Shown here piece by piece: positions 31,101-44,507 of a stretch of DNA of 64,000 nt; positions within the stretch are counted from its first letter, which is position 1; the number at the start of each line of letters is the position of its first letter. Both the position numbers and the translations under genes were made by a program. The DNA lies in NCBI GenBank assembly GCA_964016885.1, contig OZ024741.1, positions 248,001-312,000 on the forward strand, read 5' to 3'. The stretch comes from Eledone cirrhosa (Eukaryota). The notes below the pieces were generated by a model, which was given only the letters and a program-made list of their open reading frames with translations, did not search any database and had not been told where the DNA came from.

Positions 31101-31319
31101 CACCACTGGAGGGCATGAACAGTACAGTCCTCCCGGATTTGTGCTACAACGGCCATCATCCAGTGGTCACCAGTGTATAGTTCCAGTTAGAGACGACTTC
31201 CAGTAATATCTTTTACCCGTTTCCATAACTTTCACTCTCACGCCAGAGGACTTTGTTGCAAATAGGGGAAGCTGTGTGGAACTCAACTGCATCCCTAGAA
31301 GTTCCCGTACTACCTATTT

Positions 31320-33210
31320 GGAAGCACAAGGATTGGTTTGGTGATAAGAACTTCAAGGTCCAACTTTTAACGTAACAATTACACAGCTCTCACAAAGTGT
31401 GAATAAATGATAAGAACTCATTGATTAAACAGCAGGCATACAAAAGGTTCATCATTCATGTTCAATGTGCTCTCAGGAAAATGAAAGAGGATTGGTGGTC
31501 TGCAAAGACTACTGAGCTCCAACAAGCTACAGAAATAAAGGACTCTAAGGCCTACTATGATGGTCTGAGGAAAGTGTATGATCCTCATGAGAGTGTTGTC
31601 TCACCGTTTGTGTCATCTGATGGATAAGTCGGACATCTTGCAAAGATGGAAAGAGTATTTTGAAACTGTATTGAACTCCACCTGTCATTCATTTCGACGT
31701 CATAGCATCCATTTCCCAACATCCAGAAATGCCTGAAAAGTCTATTAAACCAACACCGCAGGAAGTGAAAGACTCCATTTCCGGCGGTAAAGCATCTGGC
31801 AAAGATGTGTACTACCAGAGATTTATAAGTATGGGGGACAAAAGCTGGTTAGAAAACTGCATGAAATATTCAACACAATTTGGAGAGCCCGGCATGTCCC
31901 TCAGGACTACAAGGATGGGTCCATCAAACATCTCTATAAGAACAAAGAGAATAGGAGTATATGTGATAACCACTGTGGGATATCACTTCTGTCAATTGCC
32001 GGTAAAATCATGTCCAGGCTCATACACAATAGAATCATTAAATATATCCTCGATGACATATACCATGAATCACAGTGTGGCTTCCATCCAGGCCGTGGTA
32101 TAATTGACATGATCTTTTCTCTTCGTCAGGTTTCTGAAAAGGTCTGTGAGAGAAATCAGGAGCTGTATATGGTGTTTGTAGATCTAACCAAGGCATTTGA
32201 CACTGTAAATTGGCAAGTGCTCTGGAAAGTTCTAAAGAAGCTTGGGATACCTGACAAGATGCTTAACAGCATTGACTCCTTCCATGAGGGGATGAAAGCT
32301 GCTGTTTTATCTGATGGGGAGTTGTTGGATTCCTTTGTGTGACAAATAGTTCAAAACAAGGCTGTGTCATGGCCCCAGTTCATTTTGTACTATTATTCTC
32401 GAATATGCCTTTGGTGAAAAAGACGCAGGTGTTAGAATCCAATTTCGAACAAGTGGTGAACTCTTCAACCATCAACAATGCAAAGCTAAGACTAACATAA
32501 TTCGCGATCTCCTTTTTTTCAGATGATACTGCACTTGCAGCAACATTTTTAGAGGAAGACCAGGAACATGTGAACCGTTTTTCTGTTGCAACTAAAGCCG
32601 TTGGGTTTACCATCAGCATAAAGAAAACAGAGGTGATCTACTAACCACACTCTATGCCCAAACAAATATAGAAACCACCAGTTCACCAGTTCCCAGATAC
32701 CCCTATAAAGGTTAATAGGAAGAATCACAACTACGTGAAATCGTTCACATATCTTGGCAGTAAGGTGAACTCAAATGCACCTCAACATGGCGGGATCATT
32801 ATTTATAGAGGGAAAGCCATTAATGCATTCAGCAAGCTCCATCATCGCCTTTGGAATGAGGGGAGCATAAAACTGGACACCAAGATACAGGTTTATAAAG
32901 CTGTTGTACTGACCACATTCTTATATGGAACAGAATCTTGGACTACATATAGGTCACACATCACTCAATTAGATATTTGAAAGACAAAATACCTAACGCT
33001 GCCCTCTTCACTAAGTGCAAGATAGAGGGCATTGAAACCTTTATGAAATCACAACTACACTGGGCTGGCCATGTCATCAGAATGAGTGACAAAAGAATAT
33101 CAAAGTCTTCATGTACAGCCAGCTTGATGGTAAATATAGAAATGTTGGACGGCCGTTGCTCAGATAAAAAGAGTCATCTTTCAGCAACTAATATATCAAT
33201 TTATTTTTAA
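31320..33210 (+). pseudogene. Degenerate RTE-clade LINE (RT region)
   Basis: KHKDWF, DWWSAK, ESQCGFHPGRGIIDMIF, FVDLTKAFDTVN, FTYLGS, LYGTESWT, LHWAGHVIRM, spread over broken frames. Confidence 0.9.
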
Positions 33211-33380
33211 TGTTGTGACCACCATCACACATCTTTGGTCTCAGCAAAAAGCAGGGGCAGCAACTGACAGCCTTGTTTTTTACTTGTTAGTCGTTGTCAA
33301 AGCTGCATATCCACCTAGTTTCCGCTGAGATAGAAATATGCTAGATTCTTACAGATTTCACGCCCACACACCCACACACC

Positions 33381-33467
<87 letters not shown>

Positions 33468-33468
33468 G

Positions 33469-33524
<56 letters not shown>

Positions 33525-33525
<1 letters not shown>

Positions 33526-34247
33526 GTTTTTTAATTTGTTTTGCGAGATTTCTTATCTGCAAACGCGTGTTGAAACAGATATTGTTATACTTTGGGAGGG
33601 TCATGTTGCCAATAGAAACACACACACACCTGTTGGTTTTCACTTTAATTTATTATGAGTTTCCGGTTGGTTGGTTCGATAACCGGAAGGTTGATTATAT
33701 ATTGTCAAAGCTCTTTCGTCGCACATTCTGTGACCTCCTCAGTGACTAGGTTTTTATTTTTTTATTTATGTCTCTCCTTCGTTCTGTCCTACACCATCTT
33801 GTTTTTTGTGTGTTGTGTGCTTAGTTTGAGCATGCGTTACATCCGAGAGCGTGTGTGTGTGTTTTTATTCATTTATGTGTTCATTTACTTGTCACTAGTT
33901 GGTTTATTGTTCTATCTGTGTGTGTCTGTATGTCTTCATTTTGTCCTTAATTACTAGTTGTGATGTTGCTATTCCACTCATGTTTTCTGTTATCTTTGTT
34001 TGGAGTTCCTTTATATTTGTTGCCTCTGTGATTTGTCTGAGCATTTTATTTTCTCTGTGTGTGGATATAATTTTTATCTCTATGTTTTCTAATGTGCCCC
34101 TATATTCTATGTTGGCACGTTGGTGGAGTACTGATGAATTTTTCCCATCCTGGAGTTCTCGCCAGTGTTCACTTATTCTTTCTCCTATACTACGGGCTGT
34201 TTCACCTATGTATGTTATGTTCTTATTCCTACACTGTCCCTCAGTAC
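33525..34247 (-). mobile_element. PLE 3' fragment: GIY-YIG C-terminus plus 3' tail, cut off by the hAT end
   Basis: Minus strand 34245-33955 reads QCRNKNITYIGETARSIGERISEH..SVLHQ..LRQITEA. The tail ends in (TA)n. Confidence 0.8.
33704..33746 (-). ncRNA. Minimal hammerhead ribozyme in PLE tail
   Basis: Minus strand GTCA-CTGAGGA-G-GTC..GAC-GAAA-GAGC-TT-TGAC; stem I GTCA/TGAC. Confidence 0.65.
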
Positions 34248-34507
34248 CAGTGGCGGATTTAAGGAATAGGGCCCAGTCGGCATTGGTCAGTAAGGAGGCC
34301 CCAGAGTGAAAATTAAAGTACCTTCTTTTTGAGCGAGTATTGAAAAAGTTGTTTTTTTAATTTCCCATTTAACTACCAATAATCATTAAGAAGACAATTA
34401 AATTACAAGTACACTTTATTTGAAACAAACAAACAGATGTGCTGTACTGTAAACAAATAATAAAGTAATAAAGTTGTATATATGTTAGTCTTTTACACAA
34501 ATTGCTT

Positions 34508-37160
34508 TTACATGTGCAGACCTCTGCGAGCTTTAACAGTTGAAAAATGAGTTATAGCGTGGTCCAAGTTTACTGATTTAGTAATTTTGTTTTCAATTGC
34601 CAGCAGGGCAAAACTGGATAGCCTCTCCTGGCCCATCGTTGAATGAAGATAATTTTTAATTCTTCGTAGAACACTGAAAGAGCGTTCCGCACTTGCTATC
34701 CCAATTGATAAAGTGAGAAATAGCCTTACCAGAATTTCAAACTCGGGAAAGACATCACACAAGTCATTGTTCAGTAAAAATTTCAGATATGGCATAACCC
34801 CACTTTGTTTTAAAGCTGCGTTTGGCTGTGAAAAGTAGAGGCCAATGAAAGAAAAGAGTTCATTTCTGAGTTCCAGTGTGAATTCATTTGGAAAGTTATC
34901 TACCAATGTTGCTACATGTGTTTTTAGTTCATCATCTGAGCATTTAGCCAGTCGATTTGGACTAAAAAATCCAAAGATTGAAGATATTTTTTTTATTCCT
35001 TCAGTTCGGGCTCTCATCTCCCCAATCATACTATCCAGTGATTGAAAATAAATTGCAGTGCGATATCTATCTGAAGCAGTAGCTTGTCTTTCAACACCAC
35101 AAACTTCACCATCCATAATCTTTCTTCTCCTTACTCGCGTTATTTTAAAATCAGCTTCAGATGCATCAAATCCCACGTCATTCCAGGCTTTCTTTGCCTG
35201 GTCCACAAATTGTTCAAATTTGTGATCGCATCTGAGTTCTTCCAATTTATCTGTTGAACGTTCAAAGCACTCAGTCACAAGGAATAAATCAATTGTCTTA
35301 GCTTGTAGAAGACGATTAGCTGAATTCATATTTTCTAACACTTTGTTCCACCAAAGTAGAGATAGGAAAAAAGTCCAGTCCATTTTCCCTTGCAAATCAG
35401 TTGCCTGTTTTACTTCATTTGAGTCATGATTTTCTTCTATCAAATCTGCCAGACATTCACTGACATTGTGAAAGTTTCCCAGGAGAGCAGAAACTGCATT
35501 ATGTCTAGCTGACCACCTTGTCTGAAAGAGTGATTTCAAGGTTCCGGATCTTGATGAGCCACATATATGCTCATCTTCAACTTCTTCGTCAATTGAATTA
35601 GAAATAACCTTCTCAACAGCTTCTAAAAGATTCTTCTCCTGACTTTTTGCCATATCAAGAAGTTGACTCCAGCGTCTATTTGAATTAACAAAGAAAGCAT
35701 AGATAGATTGAATGTTATCAAAGAAGCATTTAATTTCAACAAGAGGTGGAGGAGTACCACTTTGAGCTGCATGTTCAAGAACTAGATTGAGTTGGTAGGG
35801 AGGACAGTGAACATATGGAACAAAAGTATTTCCGTCCAGTGCCATATTCTTTTTTAGTAAAGCTTGAACACCACCTAATGCCCCACTCATCACAGATGCT
35901 CCATCATATGCCTGTCCTTTAAGATGTTTGCGCTGCAAGCCAAGTTTTTCAAACAATGCCTTTTCAATGACACTGGTAATACCAATTGCACTAGCATCAA
36001 GGACATGATAATATCCAACAAAGTGTTCTACAATTTCCACTGACTTTTCAAGTCTGTCAATTTTTATAAATCTCAATAGCACCGCCATTTGGTCCTTATG
36101 ACTTATATCAGTTGTAGAATCAGCAATCACAGTGAAAAATTTGGCTTCCTTGCAAAGATCAACAATTTTGTCAAGTGTCATTTTTGAAAGAATCTGGACT
36201 TGTTCCTCAAAGATAGTTTTGCTCAGATATTTGAGTTATCCCTTGTCCTCAAAATGTTGTTTAAGAATAGGATCGATTGTGCTTATGTGCCTTAATATTG
36301 ATAAGTACACACCTGGATTATCAGCATCCGAGGATTCTCTATGACCTCTTAGTGGCAATCCTAGACATGTAAGTTCTCGTAAAAGTCCGAACTGATGATT
36401 AAGAACATATTTCCATTTTTGAACTTCTGCATCCATTTGTTTTTTCACTGAAACTCCAATGGGACATATTTTTGGCGAACTGTTTATAGGCATATACTGC
36501 TCTGTGATAAATTTTTGATTGAGAGTGTTTTTCAATGCTTTTGGAAATGTGCTTCCAATCATTCATACTCTTTGACCATGGCGAGTTTTTGGCCTCTTCA
36601 TCACCAAATAACCAGCAATGATGACAGTAACAATAATTACCTTTGTATGAATAAGCTAGCCAGTATCTGTGTACTCGTTCTTCAAGGGGGTTTTTTAAAT
36701 TATAGTAACTGCTCTTGAATTTTCTAGAATGGATAATGGGATAGTCTCCTGTAGGCATATCATTTTCCAAAGGTTGACAAGTACCCCTTTCAACTAAAAT
36801 GTTCAAGTAATATTTCACTTTATTCTTTCTTGTGTCAAATCGTGCTTTGTCATTTAAAAATGGCATTGAAGCCTGACTAATTTCAGAAAGTTCATTTTCA
36901 ACTTCAGAAAGACTTATATTTTCTACAGCAGGTTCAGTCACTTGAGAAGGAAGCACAGGTTCAGCCACTTCAGGAATAGTTTCAGCTTCACCTGTAGATA
37001 TTGTAGGAATATTTTCTTCTGCAACATCCTCAATATCTGCACTATGGGGCGCAGAAAAAGTCAATAATCTTTGATTTTTTGCTTTGCCTGCTGATTCCAA
37101 ATCCTTTTTTCTTTTGAGTGCACGCTTCTCAGCACCTGATGAAAACTTCTTCTTATTCAT
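34508..37160 (-). pseudogene. hAT transposase (ZMYM1-like: TTF Zn finger, DUF4371-type region, dimerisation domain), one frameshift and one premature stop
   Basis: SGAEKR N-terminus; WLAYS..YCHHCWLF; LPLRGH; IADSTTDISH.DQ; QAYDGASVMSG; HC; TRWSAR; ASAERSFSVLRRIKNYL.STMGQERL. Frameshift near 36440, in-frame stop at 36236. Confidence 0.92.
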
Positions 37161-37290
37161 TGTGAGTCAGTCTACAAACAAAATATAAACTAGGTATAGG
37201 AAATCATAAAAGGAACTTACCAATTATTTGTTGCTTACGCAATTTTAATGCTTTAATATTTTTAAACTGTGGCCCAATAAAACAAATTAC

Positions 37291-38621
37291 GGCGGTATCC
37301 AAAAATACCTCCCCCATGCCTAGGGCTAAATAACTTCGCTGTTCGCTGCTGATATGAGGCTAAATAACTTCGCTGCTGGCTGCTGGCTGCTGAAATGAGG
37401 CTATTCCAACAAATTTACATTCCCTTTTTTTAGCCGTTAAAAGAAATATAGATTTATTTATTTATTTGAAACGTTTTTGTTAGTTTCTTTGTTTTGTTTT
37501 TTTGGCGATATTTTTGTTAGTTTCTTGTTTTTTTTTTAGTTTCTTTTTTTTGGCGTTTTTTGCCAGGTTTTTTTTATAGATTTATTTATTTATTTTTAAC
37601 GTTTTTGTTAGTTTTTGTTTTGTTTTTATGTCACAAACATTGCTCTCCGACGCTCTACCGATAATAGTAAGTATAAGTGGTTGTAATAAAAATGCAATCA
37701 AAACGTAATAAATACCTTCACTGATTTCTTTCCTTATATTATCAACAGAAGTTGGTATGTCACCCAAAGTTTCTAATTCCTTCTCCACAGTAAGACAAAT
37801 ATCCATGTTGTTGAAGAGGATAAGTATGAAAGAACAGTCTTTGGTACAGTGTTCTATGAATGTTTTCGAACGAATGAATAATTTCAGTTTATAATCAATT
37901 TCACTTTAACTTGTTTGGGTATTTTCCACGAATTGGCATAACTAGCTCCCTGCTAAAGGTGAAATAACATAGTTCTGTTATCTTATAATTGATTTGTATA
38001 TAAGTTAAAGTGAAATTGATTTTAAACTGAAATTATTCATTCGTTCGAAAACATTCATAGAACACTTTACCAATGACTGTTCTTTCATACTTATCCTCTT
38101 CAACTACATGGATATTTGTCTTACTGTGGAGAAGGAATTAGAAACTTTGGGTGACATACCAACTTCTGTTGATAATATAAGGAAAGAAATCAGTGAAGGT
38201 ATTTATTACATTTTGATTGCATTTTTATTACAACCACTAATACTTACTATTATCGGTAGAGCGTCGGAGAGCAATGTTTGTGACATAAAAACAAAACAAA
38301 AACTAACAAAAACGTTAAAAATAAATAAATAAATCTATTAAAAAAAAGCCTGGCAAAAAACGCCCAAAAAAAGAAACTAAAAAAAAAAATAAGAAACTAA
38401 CAAAAATATCGCCAAAAAAACAAAACAATGAAACTAACAAAAACGTTTCAAATAAATAAATCTATATTTCTTTTAACGGCTAAAAAAAGGGAATGTAAAT
38501 TTGTTGGAATAGCCTCATTTCAGCAGCCAGCAGCCAGCAGCGAAGTTATTTAGCCTCATATCAGCAGCGAACAGCGAAGTTATTTAGCCCTAGGCATGGG
38601 GAGGTATTTTTGGATATCGCC
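37291..38621. mobile_element. 1.33-kb foldback element nested in the hAT, 8-bp TSD (Merlin-like by termini)
   Basis: Arms 37291-37912 and 38002-38621 are near-perfect reverse complements around an 89-bp spacer. TSD CAAATTAC at 37283-37290 and 38622-38629; termini GGCG...CGCC. Confidence 0.92.
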
Positions 38622-38788
38622 CAAATTACAATTTTTTTTTTTTGCAAACGCCCAGTCGGCAGGGGCCCAGTCGGCAGAGGCCCAGTCGGCATTTGCTACA
38701 TTCGCCACCTGTTAAATCCGCCACTGTCACCACCACCAGCGACCGGGCCTTAAGAAAACAACAACTTTAATAATAGTTTTTTTGCTTT

Positions 38789-38925
38789 TGGCACGGAGCC
38801 AGCGATTGTTCCAGCGCATTACTAGTACTCTCTTTTGTTGACTCCGTGGGGATGAAAGGCAAGGCTGACCTTGGCGGGATTTGAGCTCGGAGCGTGGAGG
38901 GCCATAGCTCTATGCTGTAAAGCAA
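38789..38925 (-). mobile_element. SINE fragment
   Basis: GGATGAAAGGCAAGGCTGACCTTGGCGGGATTTGAGCTC is the reverse complement of a B-box plus CORE-like segment. Confidence 0.55.
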
Positions 38926-39239
38926 TTATAATAATACTGAACGGTAACACGAATGGCTTCAACTATACGAACTCTTTTGAAAGTCAACAGTTGACATAAT
39001 CTTGTAATCTTGTATCAGTAATGACGGTAATATATATATGTGTGTGTCTGTAAGTGAGTAGCGTGTGTGTGTTTGTTTGTATGTATGAGTGTTGGTGTGT
39101 GCGCGCGTATTTATGTGTGTGTGCGCGCGTGTGTGTATGTCGTACGTATAAGTGTCAATAAGTGAGTTCTTTTTGTTTTTATTTTTATGCGCGGGGACAC
39201 AGAAATAATCGGGCTGGATATCCGATTGCGCAGTTAAAC

Positions 39240-39456
39240 CACTGGGAGTGAAGAACACCTAGCCCTTGTCAGGGCATTCTTCTAGAAGAAGGCATCTCAG
39301 GAAACTGGGTTAACTCCGACATAAAACCTGTGGCTCAGTAGTTACCGATGATGTTGATCTTTTCTTCTTTTCGGGTTATAATTACTGTCGCTGAGAGAGT
39401 GGGATTGGCTCAGTGCACAGTCTTTCCTCACTTTAAACATATTCGTCACGCACAGG

Positions 39457-39457
<1 letters not shown>
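39240..39457 (+). mobile_element. RTE 5'-UTR-like fragment
   Basis: Similar to 48670-48870 (TAGCCCTTGTCAGGGCA..CTAGAAGAAGG..GATGATGTTGA..GAGAGTGGGA.TGGCT). Confidence 0.6.
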
Positions 39458-39498
<41 letters not shown>

Positions 39499-39499
<1 letters not shown>

Positions 39500-42400
39500 G
39501 CTGCATTTATCTTGCTTTATGTTCATACGAGTTATCACCAAGTCACAACCAGTGACCTCAAGAGACAACAAGGTCCGCCATGTTCAAGAAAGAACATACA
39601 TACTCACACATCATCTTTAGGTGTTTAGACTTGTGATGTACTTATATTGACAGAATCTTCCTTAGTATATGGGCAGTTCCCATTAGTACTATCTTTTGTA
39701 TTTCTCTTATACGGGGGTTTCCTGGGATTTGCGATAAGTAATCATTAGACCCCTTAGGTATCATTCCCAGAGCGCCTACAACCACTGGTATTGTTTTAGT
39801 TCTCAATTTCCACATTTTTCCAATTTCTATCTCCAGGTCCTTATACTTGCTCAATTTTTCAAATGTTTTTATAGATACATTCTTGTCTATTGGAACGGAC
39901 ATATCAATTAGCAGGCATACCCTCTTTTTAAAGTCCTTCAATATTATATCAGGTATATTTGCATCTATTTTTCGGTCTGTTTGGATGCTAAAGTTCCACA
40001 AGATTGCGATGTGATCTTTTTTAAGTATGGGAGGTGGTTGATGCTCCCACCAATTCTTTTGATGGGGTCAAAATGCTTACACATTATCCAATGTATGTAT
40101 TGTGCAGCTCTGTCATGCCTGTTTAGGTATTCGGTTGGAGCTATAGGACTGCACATTGAAATTATATGGTCAATGGTCTCTGGTTGTTTTTTACATACAC
40201 GGCATAATGGGCTGCATCCATTTTTTATCATGTTGGCTTGGTAATTTTTTATTGGCAGACACTGATCTTGTGCTGATATAATCAGTCCTTCAGTCTCCGA
40301 TTTCAGTCCAGAGGATGCCAACCACTGATGGGTTAAAGTTTTGTCAACATCAGGATTGTTAGCTCGTTCTGGGTATTTTCCATACAGAGGCTTTTCTTGC
40401 CATTTCTTAGCCAGTTTCTGTAGCAGTTCTTTCTTTGCAGTTACTTTTACCTGCTTTGCTTTTTCTGTGTTTTCCATTTCAGCAGTAAATGGGACTTCTG
40501 AAATTTGTAGTCCATTACTGTATCTTTGTGCATCTTTTGTAATGGAGTATGATCTTTTGATGCTTTCGTGTTTCAAAACGAGTTTGATCATCCAATCATG
40601 TGATTCCCTTAGATATGTAGATAATCCAATTGTTGCAGTTTTCAACGCAATGTCTAACTGGATTAACCCACGTCCTCCTTCTTTCCTAGGGAGATATATT
40701 CTATCTGTATCTGCCTTAGGGTGATGCATTCTGTGCATGGTTAAGAATTTTCGAATTTTTGTATCGAGCCTACGGATCTCTGTGCTTGACCAGTTGATGA
40801 CATTGTAACTGTAGGTTACTACTGGTATGGCAAGCGTGTTTATGGCATCGATCCTATTCCTTGCATTCAATTCCGTTCTTAAGATTGCTCTTACTCTGCG
40901 GTAACATTCCTTCCTTATCCTTTCCCTCATTGTCGAGTGCTTTATTCCGTCTCCTTCACAAACACCTAGATATTTGTAAGTTTCCTCTTGATCAAGTTCT
41001 CTTATCACATTCCCCCGATCAAGATTAATGTCTGAACTTTTCAGCAGCTTTCCTCTGGTGAACGTTGCTTTGGCGCATTTATCTAGTCCAAACTCCATTT
41101 TAATGTCATCACTGAACTGCTCCACAGTGGATAATAGCCCTTGCAATTGTTCATCATTTTTTGCAAATAGTTTCAGGTCATCCATGTAGAACAAGTGATT
41201 AATGGTTTTGTCATAGACTTTATATCCATGTTTTGTTTCATTGAGCATTTTACTTAATAGTATAAGTGCGATGCAGAATAAAAGCGGTGATAAAGAGTCA
41301 CCCTGAAAAATTCCACAATTAATATTAACTTCTCCAGCTTCCAGTGATTTTGTTTCACTATTCAAAAGGAGTGTCGTTTTCCATGTCTTCATACTGAATG
41401 ACAATAACCTCTTGACAACGGGAGATATTTTGAAAATCTCTAAACATTTTTCAATCCAACTGTGTGGCAAACTATCGAATGCTTTTTTATAATCTATCCA
41501 AGCAATTGATAGATTTTTGTGTCTATTATGACAATCTTCCAGTATCATTTTGTTAACCAAAAGCTGATCCTTACAGCCATATGAGCCTCGTTTACACCCT
41601 TTCTGCTCAATGGGAAATAGGTCATTTGTTATCAGGTGGTCATATGTATATTCAGTTAGGACTGATGTTAACATTTTATACATTGTGGTCAAGCAAGTTT
41701 TCGGTCTGTAATTTTGGGGATTGTTTGTCTCATCATTCTTCGGAAGCAGGAATGTAATGCCGTTAACTAGCCATGGTGGTATCTTTTCTGGCTCCTTAAC
41801 TATTTCATTGTAAAGTTGGGCTAACAGCTCATGAGACTCTGTGAAGGCATTTATCCAAAAATTTTGTATTTTGTCTTTTCCTGGGGATTTCCATTTGCTG
41901 GTTTTTCTTAGAGCCAAACGCAACTGTTCAACTGTTATATTTTCCCATATTTGTTCCTCAAGGTGAGCTGTATCTTTCATTTGTCTGTCTATCCATGGGG
42001 CATGTATATTATGAACTTTTTCTTCGGCCCAGATCTTTTCCCAGAATTCTTGCACTTCCTCCTTGGGTGGTATTGATTTAGCAGTTATTGTTGACTTACC
42101 AATTTTTCTGTAGAAGTTTCTTTGGTTGTTTTTGAACATATTATTGTCCTTATAGAATCTAGATCGTTTTTCAAAGCGCCTTATACGAGCAGCTTTGGCC
42201 GACACTTTTTGCTTGATTATTTCTATCAGCATGTCTATGTCACTTGTTGATTTTATACTGTACTTTCTTTTCAATTTTCTAAGTTTAGTTTGTTTAACAT
42301 GTTCACCTACTTTATAGTTTGTTAAAATTTCTATGTCAGATCGGAGAAGGTTTATTTGGCGATTGATGTTCTCTTGCCAAGTAGATTTCTTCTTTGTTTT

Positions 42401-43460
42401 TTCATCTTCACTCCACATAAATGAGTGGTGACTTTAGCCGATGCATAATAGAGATGATTTAAATCAGTAATGTTTAGTTTGTTTGTGATGATAATGTTTT
42501 TGAGAATTATGTTAGTCTTGTGTATTATCTTTTGGTTCTGTTTGGAGTTCTGGATCTTAGGGAGGGTGTCTCGTTCGCCCATGTCAGATTCTTTCATTTT
42601 CATCCATTCGATCATAATTTCATCCTTCAAGTTGGCAAGTTCATTCTCATTCATTTCTTTATCATTTACGATCTCATTGTTTTCATTTGGAGTTTCATCT
42701 TGAGCATGCACTCCCTCCACTTTTTCGATCCTTTCTTTAATTTGTTCTGTTGTCAGTGATTCCACCCCAACCCTGGGATTCGAAGTGTTACAATTTACCT
42801 CATTTTCACTGAAACATGTTTCATTTTCCCTTCGCTGACTTTGTGCTAATAGCTTGATCTGATCAATTTCTATATCAATTAGTAACTTTTTTTTTACAAT
42901 ATTTCTTCGTATATTGGCTAGTTTGTTACTGTCAATATAGCCTCTGTTTTCGGGATGTTTCTTTTTCCAGTTGATATATGTCTGTTCTGTATTCGATGTA
43001 TTTGATGGGTAGTACATGGCAGTGTAGAAAGCCTCAAGGACTTCTTTATTATCTTCCCTTGACCATTTTTCTCTCTTTTTCTTTGGATTTCTTGGTGGTG
43101 AGCATGGAGGGCCAACAGTAGGAGTATTCCGGTTATGAGAGGTTTCCAGCTCCGAAGTGATGGGAAGGTTTGAACCATTAGCTGATTTTTCGACCCCAGT
43201 CTGGTTCCTCTCTGAGGGACGCGGCCCTTTTTGACCCGGGTGACGGCCGATCCGGTATGAGATTTTATCATTAGACATTTACTTTATTTTGTCGCGTTTT
43301 ATCCTTATCCGCCAAGGCGTAATCATTTCGTGTTACCACTTCTAGGACGAGTGTCAACCAAGACTAGAGGGGTCGTCCTCCCCTAGAGACACGGCTATTC
43401 CCCGCCGGCCGCAATCCCGGTATTTCTTGGTCACGGGGTTTTCTTTTTTGTTGTTTTTTA
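39499..43460 (-). mobile_element. Near full-length R4/Dong-clade non-LTR retrotransposon (RT + RLE)
   Basis: The 3' end abuts a (TAA)n tract at 39458-39498, the known Dong target. The ORF is in three overlapping pieces. Confidence 0.9.
39642..43278 (-). pseudogene. R4/Dong polyprotein with two frameshifts (~42400, ~40000)
   Basis: WIDYKKAFDS, GIFQGDSLSPLLF, FYMDDLK, YKYLG, CRVC..ETIDHIISMC (CCHC), RHD, PDII..LIDMSVP..KLSKYKDL (RLE). Confidence 0.93.
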
Positions 43461-44421
43461 AATTGTTATTATCATGAGTGGTTCCTTAATGTGAGCATTG
43501 CGTGGCTTAAGAATGAAATTATTAATAATATAATATACTTTTTGCTGAAGTTGCCTGTTATTGTTGTTGGCTATGTCGGTGGTGGTGCTGGGGCTTTTTC
43601 TATTGTTGGTGGGGAAGGGGGGAGCCAGCAGTGCCATAGTCGTTGATGTTTGACCGGGTCACTAAGTCAATCTATTTATATCTTTTGCTAGCCTCTCCCT
43701 TGCCTAGTGATACCGCCACCTTCCCCTTTCTTAAGTTAACAGAAGGTAATGGGGGAATAGTGGTGGTAGCAATGAAGGCGTGGTGGCGGTGGTGTAGGGA
43801 TAGTGGTAGCAATGATGGATGGAGTGGTGGCGGCGGTGACTATAGTGATGGCGTTGTCGTTACTGAGTTTTGTTGAATAGACTGTAGTTTTGTTTGATCT
43901 GTGTATCTATGCGTTTGTCGCGTATGTTTAATATATGTGTTGACATATTTTACTTAATATTGGAATTAAACATTTTGTTAAAACTTGAGACAATAATAAT
44001 AGTAATTATTATTATTATGCTGGGATTGGTGGTGGTGGTGGTGGTGGTGGTGGTGAAATTGCCGTTATCTGGCTGTTGTATTTAGTGTACACAGAGGGGT
44101 GATGGGGTAGGTGGTGTATCTAATTTCTGGTGTTGGTGAAATTGCTGTTATTTGGCTGTTCTATATAGTGTAGACAGAGGGGGTTTTCTTCCATTTATAA
44201 CCATTTTCTTTTTTGAATATAAAATGTATAATACAAAATTGAATATTTGAGCGATATAACAATATATTATGGATCCGAATTTTTCTGAGACTTGAGTCTG
44301 GTGCTTTATGTATCATTTGTACTAAGAATTGTTATTTCACAATTGATTTAAATATGTTAAAAATCAAAAACTTACGGGAGCGATTTCATGACCTTCTATC
44401 CACCACGTGCGTCTTCTTCCC

Positions 44422-44505
<84 letters not shown>
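44422..44505 (+). repeat. (TTA)n microsatellite
   Basis: About 28 perfect units. Confidence 0.97.

Positions 44506-44507
<2 letters not shown>

Larger units (their letters stand above)
34248..38726 (-). mobile_element. hAT DNA transposon (Tip100/Zaphod-like)
   Basis: Perfect 15-bp TIRs CAGTGGCGGATTTAA at 34248-34262 and 38712-38726. Subterminal GCCCAGTCGGCA occurs once at the left end and three times at the right. Contains an internal transposase. Confidence 0.93.

Noticed and set aside
37582-38332. Pair of divergent 74-aa genes
   Set aside because: They are mirror images produced by the foldback arms, with no recognisable domain.
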